Source of the DNA: Haliotis rufescens
Taxonomy: Eukaryota
Assembly (NCBI RefSeq): GCF_023055435.1
Contig: NW_025964112.1
Location: 57,164,001 to 57,228,000, forward strand
Direction of reading: 5' to 3'
Length of the DNA stretch: 64,000 nucleotides
Shown here: positions 36,658-50,545 of the stretch, piece after piece
How positions within the stretch are numbered: the stretch's first letter is position 1
Layout of the letters: each line of letters begins with the position of its first letter
Program-made: the position numbers and the translations under genes
Notes under the pieces: model-generated
What the model saw: the letters and a program-made list of their open reading frames with translations, nothing else
The model's database searches: none
Told to the model about the DNA's origin: nothing

Positions 36658-37400
36658 TTACTGTTTCTCCCCAGCCAGGAGCCTCCTGGCTAGGTCAAGC
36701 TCCCCTGGAGGGAGAGCTTGGAACAGTGCGGTGGTGAGGCGGGCGGCAGCGTTGGTGATGAAGAGGGGGCTGACTTGAAGATCGCAGTCGACCAGGAAAT
36801 CCGAGAGATCCTGGTAGCTGTGGATTTCATGTTCAAATCTCTCTTCTCCCCAGTACTGCACCAGCACCATGGGTGGGCGTGGGCAGTTGCTGGGGTATAC
36901 CTTGCCGCTCTCATGCTGGTAGCAGGGGTTAGGGTGGACCTTGTGCTGCTCCAGGATGAGGCTGGCCTTCTGGGCAAGGTCGACACGGACGTCTACCTCA
37001 ACAACTGGTTCCGGAACCAGGTTGGTTTGGACTTGGCTGGTGTTGAGGGAGGGGCCTGGTGTTACGGCGGTCTGTGTTTCCGTGGTCTTGCTTGTAGGTG
37101 GTGATGGGAGGGAGGGAGAGTCAGGGGAGAAGATACTTTTCCTCTTTCTCTTCTTCCTTCCGTGTCCTGTCCCTACAGGCGTGCAAAAGGGCTCCTCCCC
37201 TCTGGATTTGAGGGGAGCGAGTTCCAATGCTTCTGTTGGGGGCGGAGGGGTGATGGGTAGGCTCTCCTGGATCTCCATGGCGGCGACTGGTGGAGCCTTC
37301 TTCACTTTGGGCGGCCTGGCCTTCTGTACCGGGCGTGGTGCAGCAGGGATAGGGGCCGGGGTGGTTTGGCCGGAACTTTGACCAGAGGCCTGTTCCTTTG
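36658..37400 (-). other. GC-rich, Pro-rich open frame of unknown, probably mobile-element, origin
   Basis: Non-repetitive frame open from 37452 to the stop at 36658; contains GRKKRKRK; composition contrasts sharply with AT-rich flanks. Confidence 0.45.
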
Positions 37401-37404
37401 ACCT

Positions 37405-37640
37405 AAGTTGTTTAGGGTGTTGTATATGGCGCAGCCGTAGTCTAGTTTTGATCTAATTAGTGATATGTAGAGAGAGAGGAGGGTATCTTTGGATGCTCCC
37501 CAGTTAGAGCCAGTTAGGCATCTTAGGGTGTTTAGGTCTTTACTGCATTTAGTTGTTAGGTTTTGGATGTGAGCATCCCAGGTGAGATGTTCATCGAAAA
37601 TAAGTCCTAAGAATTTGGTTTGTTTTTGAAATTTGATTTT
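37405..37640 (-). pseudogene. Non-LTR retrotransposon (I/Nimb-like LINE) reverse transcriptase fragment
   Basis: Translates KFLGLIFDEHLTWDAHIQNLTTKCSKDLNTLRCLTGSNWGASKDTLL, then after a frameshift LIRSKLDYGCAIY. These are hallmark post-YADD motifs of I-group LINE RTs. Confidence 0.85.
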
Positions 37641-39225
37641 TGATTTATATCTAAAGAAAATACAGGAGAATCCTCACCTTAATCCAATCACACACCAAAT
37701 AGCGCCGTTTATTAGCACTGAGTAGAGTACTTCTGCTAAAACAATACATGCGCGCTGGCAGGGTCGGCCTTTGACGCAGTCACAGGTGTGATCAGTGATG
37801 ACATAAGTGAGTAGAACTCTTGTCTTGACCCCAGCAGTGACAATTCACAGGATGTAATTAGTGTTTGAATGACATTGTTTATATACTTGTTACAAGTGCT
37901 GCTCAATAAACAGTGATGTGGAATACATAGTTGTTTGTTTTCAGCGTATGTCTAAGTTGATATTTCTGCTACCCAAATTGTCTTACTGTTGATATAAATG
38001 CGATGTTTACTAATGCGAGCAAAGACCACTCGCATTTTTCGCATTTAATTCACGCTCGTGTTAATTTCAAGATTTACAGTATATCAGGGCTTGTTTGGAC
38101 AAGGATGTGGATCTGCGCCAAACATGCGTTCAGAAGAGGCGCTTCGATAAATAGTTGATTTCAAGTTCATGAGTGAGAGATATCCTGTATAAAGATAGTG
38201 ATAAGAGAGATAACAGACAATAAATGAAAAAATATAATTCAGACATTATTGAACTTTGTCCTTGAAAGCCTTCCTTCCAAATGTCATCACAACTTTAACA
38301 AACATTCACAGGGTTTGAGGAGCAGTGGGGTCGTCCAGTGGTAAAAGCTTTCGCTTGTCATTCTGAAGACCTGGGTTCTATACCCCATACAATTTGTGAA
38401 GCCCATTTCTGGTGTCCCCCGCCATGATATTGCTTGAATATTGCTGCAAGCGGTGTAAAACCATACTCACTCACTCACTCACAAGGTTTTACCTGGACCT
38501 ACAAAACTAGGGGTCCAGAGGACCCCCAATTACTTATTCAAGGGTCCTTACAGGAAATATGAAGTCCTATAAAGTAATGAAATGGTGTAGTGAACTGTAA
38601 GATTTAATAATCACTTTTATTATAAGAACTTTAATTTTCTTGTCAAGAATTTGGTACAATAAATATTATTGGGTGTGCCTCAGATGCAATCTATGTTGTT
38701 TTCTGCATCAATTCTATACATGTGTGCATACTGGAGGTGCATTTCCACGTAAAACCCTGCATTCAACAATGCAAGCCTCTTGTTATGAGGATTTAGCTTC
38801 CTTTATTGACACTTAAAGGCCCCACACGCACAAATTTTTAACCAAGAAATAAATCCTTTCTGTCTTTTCTGCCAGTGTGTGATTTATAAACATGATAAAA
38901 GGTCATTGATTGGCGTGATTATGTGTGTGAGAGCTGAGGCGTGGGGAGTGTTTTATTGCCTGCAGCAGATGGTCAAAGCATGCACTGTCCCGAGACAGTC
39001 AATACTGCCAAGGATCAATCAGCCCAGTCATCCACTGTCAACTCTAAAACTTCATCTCACTGGCATGTTTTTACAAATAATATTTTGAATCAATAATTAA
39101 TTGTTAATAAAGCCACAATCATTAATGAAATTTATACAGATTGAATGTTTGCATTTCTTTCATTGTGAAAATGTTTTTTCAAGTGTGTGAGTGAGTGTGG
39201 TTTTATGTCAGTAATAATAGGGCTA

Positions 39226-39371
39226 GTGAGTGAGTGAGTGAGTGAGTGAGTGAGTGAGTGAGTGAGTGAGTGAGCCTGTCCATCCGTCAGTCCGTCCGTC
39301 CGTGCTTCCGTCTGTCCGTCAGTCAGTCAGTCCGTGCTTCCGTCCGTCCGTCAGTCAGTCCGTGCTTCCGT

Positions 39372-39403
<32 letters not shown>

Positions 39404-39443
39404 CAGTCAGTCAGTCAGTCAGTCAGTCAGTCAGTCAGTCAGT
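39226..39443. repeat. Compound microsatellite (GTGA)n-(GTCC/GTCA)n, expanded tail of an adjacent minus-strand SINE C remnant
   Basis: Directly visible; followed by TTTACGCCACTTTCAGCAATA...ACACCAGAAATGGG (SINE C 3' end). Confidence 0.9.
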
Positions 39444-39804
39444 ATGTAAGTGGGCGAGGCTTTACGCCACTTTCAGCAATAACACAGCGGGGTACACCAG
39501 AAATGGGATTAACACATGGTACTGCCTCATACAACAAGGATATAGTTTGCTCGATACCTGTTCAAAGCCGGAAACCCCACAGGGTATATATTTTTAAGGA
39601 GTGAAATAAAGTGTAAAAGCATATTTTTATGGGCAACAGCTGCAACATTTTAGATGTTTTTTTCTGTCCCAACATTTCTGTCCTCCCAAGCTGTTGCCAT
39701 GTGACCTGTGTTAAGATTCTAAGGTAAACTGTTGGGGGTTAGAATGAGACTAACCACTTCTTCATACTTAGATCAAGAAGCTCCATAGTGTGGGTAGACT
39801 TGGC

Positions 39805-39912
39805 TGCCATTGCACAAAACAACCTTAGTGCTACGACTGTTGTAAGTCTATGTTATGGTATGAGAGTTACAATCACCTTAGCGCTCAAGATCGCTTTGTA
39901 CCACAGCACCCA
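39805..39912. mobile_element. ~105-bp hairpin MITE; second copy at ~40895-41007 inside a family B element
   Basis: Two colinear copies with imperfect inverted ends (TGCCGTTGTACGAAAC...GTTTTGTGCAACGGTA). Confidence 0.65.
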
Positions 39913-41224
39913 GGTTAACATTCAATGCTGGTTGTAATTGGGGTTTAATGGATTGGATTGTGGCTCCGTGACTTAATTGATTGCTTGTCATTGTAACTCG
40001 ATGCTCATAATGTCAATCACTGGTTTGTCTGGTACAGACCCGATTATTACAAGCAGCCGTCATACAGTCTCAGCCATCCTTCAGACATTCCAGAGATTTC
40101 TATTGTTCATGTTTTCAAATTTGGAAGGGATATTTTTCAATGTGTAGTCTGGAATGGAAGAAACCAGTTTGAAACTACAGCCATAAAGAAAGCTGCTTTC
40201 TGATTGGTTGTTAATAGAGTGGGGAGGGCTTGTGGTGCATTATTGTGCTGCACAATATCCCTTATTTTGTATTGCTGTCCAGTCCTTTTTGTATTAATGA
40301 TCAAATAAGCAGTCTGCGAAATTGTTATTGATGCCTTATTTATGGCTCACATTCATACTTCAATATGGGAAAATATATATTGAAGTCAATTCTTAAATAT
40401 GATGGAAAAAACGTATCAGACAATGGAGGATGAAACGATAAAGGGACACAACTAACCCACACTGGCCAAATGTGCCACACATTAATTATGAATAACATGC
40501 ACAATTTGATGCTATACAAGGATGAATCCTTAGAAATATTTTGTAAATTATTAAACAGCAATATAGCTATGAAGAGTCCGACATATTGCAATAAACATCA
40601 CAGTGCATTGTGGCAAATGTGTGAAATAATTCAGGCAAACATCTGTTACCTAAGCCAACAAAAAATATCAGAAACAGTATATCTTGATAATGTAGATCGT
40701 TATTCACAGGCTGTTAATAGTTTGCTTGTTTACTGTTTGAAGCCATATTCAGCAATATTCTAGAAAGTTGACAGTGGTCTGTAAATAATACAGTCTGGAC
40801 CAGGCAATCCAGTGATTGATATTATGAGAATTGATCCGAGTCATGTGGGTACGAAGACATGCTGTCAGTCAACTCACTGAACCCGACCACCTGGCTGCCG
40901 TTGTACGAAACAACCTTATAGCGCTATGACTGTCGTAAGTCTGTGTTAAGGTATGGGAGATACAATCACCTTAGCGCTAAGATTAAGCGTTTTGTGCAAC
41001 GGTACCCTCATCCTTTAAGTATCTCTTACGACAAGCATAGGTTGCTCGGGACCTAGTTTATCCCATGGGGCACTGGTCCATATAGACCATCATGCATATT
41101 TTGTGTGTGCGATATATGAATGTTTCACCAGTGATATATAGAGAGATTATCAAACGAGCATGTGTGTCTCATACTGATTTTATGAAATGAGAATTCTTGT
41201 ATTCTCGAGTAAGAGTGAGGGTAA

Positions 41225-41490
41225 TAGGGCTGGGACGAGTCCAAATTAACTACCCTGGTTTCAAACCTCCTATTACCCTACCCTTCCTGGGTACCCGCTG
41301 TAGGTCTCAAGAGATGGGTACAAAATGTCCGACTGGGAATAGTTTGAACGCAAAATGCACTTTCTAGATTACATTTGTCATTAAACAAAATATCACGTGA
41401 CTAACCACGGGTCCAGGTAGTCCTGTGGATTCCCGGGTCCTACTCAGTACCCACCAGACTCGAGTACCTGAGTTACCTGTCCCAGCCCTA
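41225..41490. mobile_element. 266-bp hAT-type MITE
   Basis: TIRs TAGGGCTGGGAC / GTCCCAGCCCTA; perfect 8-bp TSD GAGGGTAA at 41217-41224 and 41491-41498. Confidence 0.92.
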
Positions 41491-42035
41491 GAGGGTAATA
41501 CATGAATTCATACACAGGTTTCGTAAAACCAGTATGACACACATGTAACAATTTCTTTATTACCCTTATTTCTTAATCCTTTTGAGCTTTCCTTTCAGAA
41601 AAATGCACCCGTCATGAAAACTGTCTTGAGAAATCCCAATTGTAGAATGACGTCAACAGTTTTCAGCTATGGTGTCATTTCTAATGTGATGTAATGTCGT
41701 TCTGATTCAGTAAGATTCAAATTACCTAAACATACACTAGTGTGCATGAAGTGATATTAGCCCTCATGCACATAATTTTTATAAATTCAGTTATTTCTAA
41801 CCCTGTGGGTAATTACAACTTGACAATTGCAGATGACAATAATTAAACCAAAGTCTTTGATTGGGGAAAAAGTTGTAAGAACAAGAATATATGATACCTG
41901 AATATCGGGTGGTGAGGAGGCAAGAAGTAGCTCTGAAACGCCGTTACAAAGAATAAAAGAAGTTGTTATCCATAAAAAAGTGTCATATAATAATCACTGT
42001 GGGATAAGTCAACAATCGTCTGTCACATCATGAAG

Positions 42036-42299
42036 TTGTTTGTTTGTTGTTAAATGCCGCACTCAGCAATATTCCAGCTATATTATGGCGGTCTGTAAAT
42101 AATCAAGTCTGGACAAGACAATCCAGTGAATGACATCATGAGCATCAATCCATGCAATGGGGACTGATGACATGCATCAACCAAGTCAGCGAGCCTGACC
42201 ACCCGATTCCATTAGTCGCCTCTTCTGACAAGCATAGTCGCCTTTTACGGCAAGCATGGGTTGCTGAAGAGCTATTCTATCCCGGATCTTCATGGGTCA
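42036..42299 (-). mobile_element. Full-length family B SINE-like element
   Basis: Reverse complement of the 12841-13111 consensus from head to (CAAA)n tail. Confidence 0.82.
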
Positions 42300-43418
42300 C
42301 ATCATGAAGCAACATGTTTATCGCGGTAGTTAAATTATAGCGGATCGTAATGGCGCATGCTTACTTACCTATTTAATATGTCATATGCAAAATGTTTCTT
42401 GTTCTTTGTTGAATTTTTATGACATCTATTAGGATTGACGATGCTGATTTCTTTACCGAACTCAGTAAACAAAGTACCTGTCATTAGCGATCAAGGGCGG
42501 GGAGCTCTATATTATCGCAGTATCACAATTTTGTGGTGTGACGTGTGGAATATGTGGTTTACATCACTTCCTGTTTTGGTTTAGGCATCATCTATATGCA
42601 TACAACCTATACGTTGGGTCAAGGGACATCGTTGAAAACAATGGGTTCTTTCCAACCAATTTCAAATAGAGGTAGGGGTAATTCCACTTCAAAAACAAAG
42701 CAGAAACTATCATAAAAATGTTAATGTGTATACATACGAGTAGCCATGACATACCACAACGCATCCTGTATTCAATTAAGCGATGAAATATTGTGCTTAC
42801 ATTTGCATAAATCAACAGAGGATGTGGAATACGAGATTTACCGATACCACAACAATATGGTCATGTTATGACAAAAACATTTTCAAAGCAGCATAAACCT
42901 CAAGTTCTTCCCTCAAAAGAATACTGGACTACACGATATCAGAATGCTATGACCTTGAACATGACCTTGACCTTGATAGAATAAAAACAAACGCCCAGAC
43001 CAAGCTTTCTAAAAATGTGTCAGCCAGCCCACATGGGCCCCGACACAATAGTAGTAAAGTTTGGATATATAGGACTATGATATCTTCAGGAATATGTCTA
43101 AAAAGTGCAAAAATTCAAAACTGTGCAAAAAATGATATTGGATTATAGGATACAGGGGTCATAATATATTTATTTTAGCTGTGTACAGCTATGGATTCCT
43201 GTGTTTCATGGCATGATTTTGATTGTTCACAAAACACTGATCATATTGACCTATTGAAAATACAAAAAAATATTCCCTGATGCAATATTCAAGTAATCCC
43301 ACTATGGTAACCTGAAATTTGTAGTCAACATATCACACAGGGTGCAAATTCCAACAAGCCCTAAATACAGACCTAGGCATGCCTGGACATGTACATAGCA
43401 TGTCGTTTATTCATGTTA

Positions 43419-43712
43419 TACCGTATTCGATGTATTAAGCGCTGCGCTCAAATAAGCACCCACGGCGATACTTGCTAATATATTGGCTAGTGAACTATCC
43501 CAATTAGCAAGCCTTCCGATTGATTAATGTATGCATAATGTGACTTATTTATTCTTGTATAATACTCATGCAATTAAATTTTGAAAAATATATCTGTCGT
43601 ATAAAAACATTTCAGGCTGTCGAAATTTACAATCTTTCAACTCTGTTTTTTCACCAAAATAATATTTCTAATTTTGAGAGCACACTGGATGCTTATTACG
43701 TAGAATATGGTA
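43419..43712. mobile_element. MITE with TACCGTATT / AATATGGTA ends (Tc1/pogo-like)
   Basis: Imperfect inverted termini; homologous in reverse orientation to 1-327. Confidence 0.65.
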
Positions 43713-44059
43713 TGTGTTTATTACAGTATTTATGGCAAACAAATAACGTGATCACGGAAACTGCCTTGAGCGTTTCACATTAAGAATATTACACCTGCAT
43801 CCTGTACATTATTGTGTCATATTAGTGTGATTGCCAAAGTGAAAATAATCATGATGTAACCACAAAGCCTGGCGCATTCTGCATAAACAATATTGATCCT
43901 GTACAATATTGCATCCTGTTTATATTACCATGATGAAACTATGACATATGGTATGGAAGGATATCTCTCACTGTTGATAACTTAAACACTATGGCGCGGG
44001 GAAAGGTGGCAGTTATTGGTGACAAGAGTGGGTTGGAGGTGAATGAGGATAGGGACGGG

Positions 44060-46380
44060 TGGCAGTGATGGGGGACAGGGATGGGGGAAGGTGTATGAGG
44101 ATGGGGACAGGGATGGGGGAAGGTGTATGAGGATGGGGACAGGGATGGGGGAAGGTGTATGAGGATGGGGACAGGGATGGGGGACAGGGATGGGGGGAAG
44201 GTGAATGAGGATGGGGACAGGGATGGGGGAAGGTGTATGAGGATGGGGACAGGGATGGGGGACAGGGATGGGGGGAAGGTGAATGAGGATAGGGACGGGG
44301 GACAGGGATGGGGGACAGGGATGGGGGGAAGGTGAATGAGGATGGGGACAGGGAATGGGGGAAGGTGAATGAGGATGGGGACAGGGATGGGGGACAGGGA
44401 TGGGGGAAAAGGTGTATGAGGACGGGGACGGAAGATGGGGGATGGGGGGAAGGTGTATGAGGATGGGGACAGGGATGGGGGAAAAGGTGTATGAGGATGG
44501 GGACGGGAGATGGGGGATGGGGGAAGGTGAATGAGGATGGGGACAGGGATGGGGGAAAAGGTGTATGAGGATGGGGACGGGAGATGGGGGATGGGGGGAA
44601 GGTGTATGAGGATGGGGACAGGGATGGGGGAAAAGGTGTATGAGGATGGGGACGGGAGATGGGGGATGGGGGAAAAGGTGAATGAGGATGGGGACAGGGA
44701 TGGGGGGAAGGTGAATGAGGATGGGGACAGGGATGGGGGAAAAGGTGTATGAGGATGGGGATGGGGGACAGGGATGGGGGACAGGGATGGGGGAAAAGGT
44801 GTATGAGGATGGGGACGGGAGATGGGGGATGGGGGGAAGGTGAATGAGGATGGGGACAGGGATGGGGGAAAAGGTGAATGAGGATGGGGACAGGGATTGG
44901 GGGAAGGTGAATGATGATGGGGACAGGGATGGGGGGAAGGTGAATGAGGATGGGGACAGGGATGGGGGAAAAGGTGTATGAGGATGGGGACAGGGATGGG
45001 GGGAAGGTGAATGATGATGGGGACAGGGATGGGGGGAAGGTGAATGAGGATGGGGACGGGAGATGGGGGATGGGGGGAAGGTGAATGAGGATGGGGACAG
45101 GGATGGGGGAAAAGGTGAATGAGGATGGGGACAGGGATTGGGGGAAGGTGAATGATGATGGGGACAGGGATGGGGGGAAGGTGAATGAGGATGGGGACAG
45201 GGATGGGGGGAAGGTGAATGAGGATGGGGATGGAGGATGGGGGATGGGGGACAGGGATGGGGGAAGGTGAATGAGGATGGGGATGGAGGATGGAGGATGG
45301 GGGATGGGGGACAGGGATGGGGGACAGGGATGGGGGGAAGGTGAATGAGGATAGGGACCGGGATGGGGGAAAAGGTGAATGAGGATGGGGACAGGGATGG
45401 GGAAGGTGAATGAGGATGGGGAAAGGGATGGGGGGGAAGGTGAATGGGGATGGGGACAGGGATGGGGGGAAGGTGAATGAGGATGGGGACAGGGATGGGG
45501 ATGGGGGACAGGGATGGGGGAAGGTGAATGAGGATGGGGACAGGGATGGGGGAAAAGGTGAATGAGGATGGGGATGGAGGATGGGGGACAGGGATTGGGG
45601 ACAGGGATTGGGGACAGGGATTGGGGACAGGGATTGGGGACAGGGATGGGGGGAAGGTGAATGAGGATGGGGACAGGGATGGGGGATGGCGGAAAAGGTG
45701 AATGAGGATGGGGACAGGAATGGGGGGAAGGTGAATGAGGATGAGGACAGGGATGGGGGAAAAGGTGAATGAGGATGGAGGATGGGGGATGGGGGACAGG
45801 GATGGGGGATAGGGATGGGGGGAAGGTGAATGAGGATGGGGACAGGGATGGGGGGAAGGTGAATGAGGATGAGGATGGAGGATGGGGGATGGGGGACAGG
45901 GATGGGGGACAGGGATGGGGGGAAGGTGAATGAGGATGGGGACAGGGATGGGGGGAAGGTGAATGAGGATGGGGACAGGGATGGGGGAAAAGGTGAATGA
46001 GGATGGGGATGGAGGATGGGGGATTGGGGACAGGGATGGGGGACAGGGATGGGGGGAAGGTGAATGTGGATGGGGATGGAGGATGGGGGAAGGTGAATGT
46101 GGATGGGGATGTAGGATGGGGGATGGGGGACAGGGATGGGGGACAGGGATGGGGGACAGGGATGGGGGAAGGTGAATGTGGATGGAGGATGGGGGATGGG
46201 GGACAGGGATTGGGGACAGGGATGGGGGGAAGGTGAATGAGGATGGGGACGGAAGATGGGGGATGGGGGGAAGGTGAATGAGGATGGGGACGGAAGATGG
46301 GGGATGGGGGATGGGGGGAAGGTGAATGAGGATGGGGACAGGGATGGGGGAAAAGGTGAATGAGGAAGGGGACGGGAGAC
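44060..46380. repeat. G-rich complex satellite (GGATGGGGGACAG and GGAAGGTGAATGA modules)
   Basis: ~2.3 kb, purine-rich plus strand with dense G4-G6 runs. Confidence 0.95.
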
Positions 46381-47037
46381 AGGAACGGGACAGTGATGAA
46401 GGAAGACATGGATAAATGAGACTGGGTGGGGGAGGGGTGAAGTGGGGCTAGAATAGGGCTGAGATACAACGATATGTTACCTTAAAGTCCAACAGTTCGT
46501 TCTAATTCAGTTGATAAAGCTGCTTCTATTAAATGTTGAACCCAGAATGTGGCTGGTTAGGTCAGCTGTATTTGGTGACAGCTGTCAGGTAGAGGTATCC
46601 ATAAATGACCAGCATTCTGATGATTTCATTTCTACACATTGTCTCCATCAAAATGATATTTGAAGTGATGGTCTTACATACAAAATTGTGGACGAGAGGA
46701 TAAAATGATATTAACATTCTTTTCACAAGAACACAACTGTGTCATCGTCCATGGTAAAATGGTTGTTAACTGTTAACTCCCATACTCTTAGTACCAACTG
46801 ATACTACACTGTAAAGGTCAATTAAACTTACACCAATCTAAGAGATATAGGATGGGGAATCATAGGGCTATATCCTTAAACCTAACCCCAACCATACACC
46901 ATATCATTATTCCTGAAAGGTACCACAGTTTCAAGTTCATAGATCCAAGAGCTTCTGTTAAATGTGTGTTAAACTTGTGTAGGGCCTCCTCGAATATTGC
47001 GAAAATATAACTAGAATATTGCTAGAATATTGCAAGT

Positions 47038-47545
47038 ATCATCAATAGTCAATACTTTATCACAGATAGTCAATATTTAACATCAATAGGCAATACTTTA
47101 TCATCGATAGTAATTACTTTATCACCGATAGTAATTACTTTATCACCGATAGTCAAAACTTTATGACCGATAGTCAATACTTTATCACTGATAGTCAATA
47201 CTTTATCACTGATAGTCAATACTTTATCACCGATAGTCAATACTTTATCACTGATAGTCAATACTTTATCACCGATAGTCAATACTTTATCATCAATAGT
47301 CAATACTTCATCACCGATGGTCAATATTTAACATCAATAGGCAATACTTTATCACCGATAGTAATTACTTTATCACCGATAGTCGAAACTTTATCACCGA
47401 TAGTCAATACTTTATCACCGATAGTCAATACTTTATCACTGATAGTCAATACTTTATCATCTATTGTCAATACTTTATCATCAATACTTTATCATCTATA
47501 GTCAATACTTTATCATCAACAGTCAATACTTCATCACAAATAGTC
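47038..47545. repeat. 21-bp minisatellite (ATAGTCAATACTTTATCACCG)
   Basis: Directly visible; ~24 units. Confidence 0.93.
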
Positions 47546-48384
47546 AAACAGACACTTCGCGACACTTCGATGAAGGATCACAGCGTACACAAGCCTATGA
47601 AGTATTGACGGTGCACTAATCACAGCCCAACTGCTATCAAAATGTCAAAATGTCAAAGAATACTAATGCATTCCCTAAGAATCTGAAGAGTGTAGAAACA
47701 TGTTTTAATATTCAACCTTCAGCTCAATGATATTTTAAACAGAGCCAGAATCATTATTACTCGTAATAAAATCTAGCAGATCTATATAAACTGACGTCAT
47801 CCCCTTGTCATGTAATTATAGACTCTCTTCACATTTTGAGTTACCATACCAAATCCACTGTCAGATCTGATATTGTCACACAATCATATTTTACTGAAAA
47901 TAGGTTTTTGTACGAAATAGTAAATTTCTAATATGGGTTAGTAGCAGGGTGTACAGGATTTGACAAGCTGAACATTTGTGTACATCCCTCGACCTTCATC
48001 TCATAAACTCCTGTATTATTACTAATTCCAGACATGATATGTTTTTGAAGGTTCTCATCAGAGGTAGGTGACTATTTTTTTCACACACGATAAGCAAAAC
48101 TGTGGCCAAACCAAACCCTCATTTGGCATTCGATAACTTTTCATGTTTCACATGGAGCTGATTAAGTCAAGTTTGCAAAATTGCATGGAAAAATCATAAT
48201 GAAAACATTGTCTGTTGATGCATTTATTCTCATGGAGGGATGAGCTGTCTTGATGTAAATGTATTGTACACAGCAAGCAGTGGTATCTAGGAATAGTGAA
48301 ATATATTTACAATTTTTCCAGTTGTTTGTTACTTAAATCACAGTTACAGAAGCTCACCATTATTCAGTGACATAATATTTGATT

Positions 48385-48478
48385 TGAGGTGAGGTGAGGT
48401 GAGGTGAGGTGAGGTGAGGTGAGGTGAGGTGAGGTGAGGTGAGGTGAGGTGAGGTGAGGTGAGGTGAGGTGAGGTGAA
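48385..48478. repeat. (GAGGT)n microsatellite, expanded tail of a family A SINE
   Basis: Perfect pentamer run contiguous with the SINE A 3' end. Confidence 0.95.
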
Positions 48479-50545
48479 ATGGGGTTTAACATCTCATCCA
48501 TGATTATTACAATTATATAGCAACGTGCATGCACATGTGTGTGTGGTTGCTTGTACTAGTCCGGACAGATGCCAATTTATCGTTCTAGCCTTCTGAGACA
48601 CAATGCCGCAGTTTAACATGAATATCCCACTCAGACACAGTATACTGACTCCGAGCCGACCAGTCCTTGTTTTAGCCCCTTAATGCCGAGCGCCAGGCAG
48701 TGTAACAATAAGCACCACCTTTCGACATCTTTCGGTGTGGCGCTGCCTGGGAGTGAACCTCCGGCCCCTCCACTCTCCAGCAGATGCTCTATCCACTAGA
48801 TCACGGAGGCAGTCAGTTAAGTTGTAATGAAAAGTGAGTCCAGTATTTTAATTTGTAGTTTCTTCGTATGAAAGCTTTCACACATGATGTAATAAAAAAC
48901 AGATGTTCATAAATTTATTTTTTATGATGACGATTGCCTTTTTGCACCTTAAACTTTCACAAAAGTCAAAAGTTTTTTAAACTGTTTTCAACTGGTTTTG
49001 TCAAGGAGATCAGGTGATCTTACTGAGCAGAATATCCTATGATAAAATGTTATTGATATATTGACGTAATAAGCCTTGACCAAAGTTCACCAATCACAAG
49101 CCAGAATAATCAATTTTAAAAGATATATGTTAGGGTTGCTTAAGAATATATTAAGAATATATTAAATTGTACAGTAAGCATATGGTACTCACAATTGTTC
49201 AGTGACAAGTTTTAGTGACATAAATGAGCAAATGAAAGATGGACAACTTCCTCACTTCAAATTGATGATTATAAAATATTAACAAAAAACATTAAAAAAA
49301 TAGAAGGTTTATCAACTGATAGCTTCACAGTTACTAACACATATAGATCATGGTTTAATATAACCTCCACATGAATTATAAAGCATAATCAATGAATTGT
49401 TATCAAAAGAATGTAAGGTCCAATATCAAACATAGCCTCGAACCCGGGTCTTCGGCGTGACGAGCGAACGCTTTAACCACTAGGCTACCCGACAGCCCCC
49501 TGTAGTAATGGAGTAACAAAAAATTCAGTAATAAATTAGACTTTCCCACGCCAACCCTCAAGGACATTGTTTGACACTACTACATGATTGTCTGTGACTT
49601 GCTGATAACGTCCCCATTCAGAAAGTAGCTGTGCAACATGTTCCATCAAGCTTGTAGACCCCAGTCTATATTATCTCTATCATGTGTGAACTGATAAGAC
49701 AATGATATATCTTATTATTAAACTGGTTACTGGATCTGTTTTTCATTCTCAGCTCCCTGGGGGGTATACAACCCAAGCAGCTTTTGATTTGCCATAAGGT
49801 TAACAGCCACATTATCATCTCATTCTACTTGGTACACATTCACTGCTGGGTGAACAGAGGCATATTTCCAACAAAGTTATTTGTCTGAGGAGACAAATAT
49901 GTGTTATATGTGCTTCAATGTTGGGCAGGAACGTAGGATAATTTTTTATCATCAAATTTTCACAAGGAGAATTTTGCTCACCCCACTCAACCCAACCCAT
50001 TGTACGTATACATACAGAGTATTTGATAGAAAACCAAATTTAGAATCAATATAATTTTTCATATACATATGTTTAGATTTAATAATATATGCTTTTTGGT
50101 TTTGTCTTTGAATTGTCTCTTGTGAAGATTCTGAATCAATGGGACACATGAGGATGGACATTCTTCCCACACCATAGGTGGATCCAGATCGGGTCCAGGG
50201 GGGTCCAGATACTCCCTCCTACTGAAAACCAAATGTAGTATGTTGTAGACAGTAAAATTATTTGAGAGAGGATTTGGATATTTTGAACCTCCTCCCTTTT
50301 AAAAATGCTAGATCCGCCCTTGCACACTGAGCTATAAGAGTGTATGTTTTGCCCCCACCCCTTCCCAACTCTGAGATACGCTCGTGTGGGCCTGTCTGGT
50401 TTGTGACCTGTGCGCTATGCACAGGTCCATGTGCCACCACCTATGCAAACAATGCTCATGTTTTGTCAACAGCATATTTACATATATGTAACTTGATAGG
50501 ACAATGAGACATGCGATGTACAACAACCATTTCCAGAGCCAACAA

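Noticed and set aside
44013-46469. 818-aa Pro/His/Ser-rich extensin-like ORF on the gene strand
   Set aside because: The C-rich satellite strand rarely forms stops, and the peptide pattern shifts frame repeatedly with G-run length changes.
46400-46560. Possible extra exon ending at AAG|GTAACA (~46481)
   Set aside because: The phase-1 frame has TAA immediately before the donor, and the translation has no recognisable motif.
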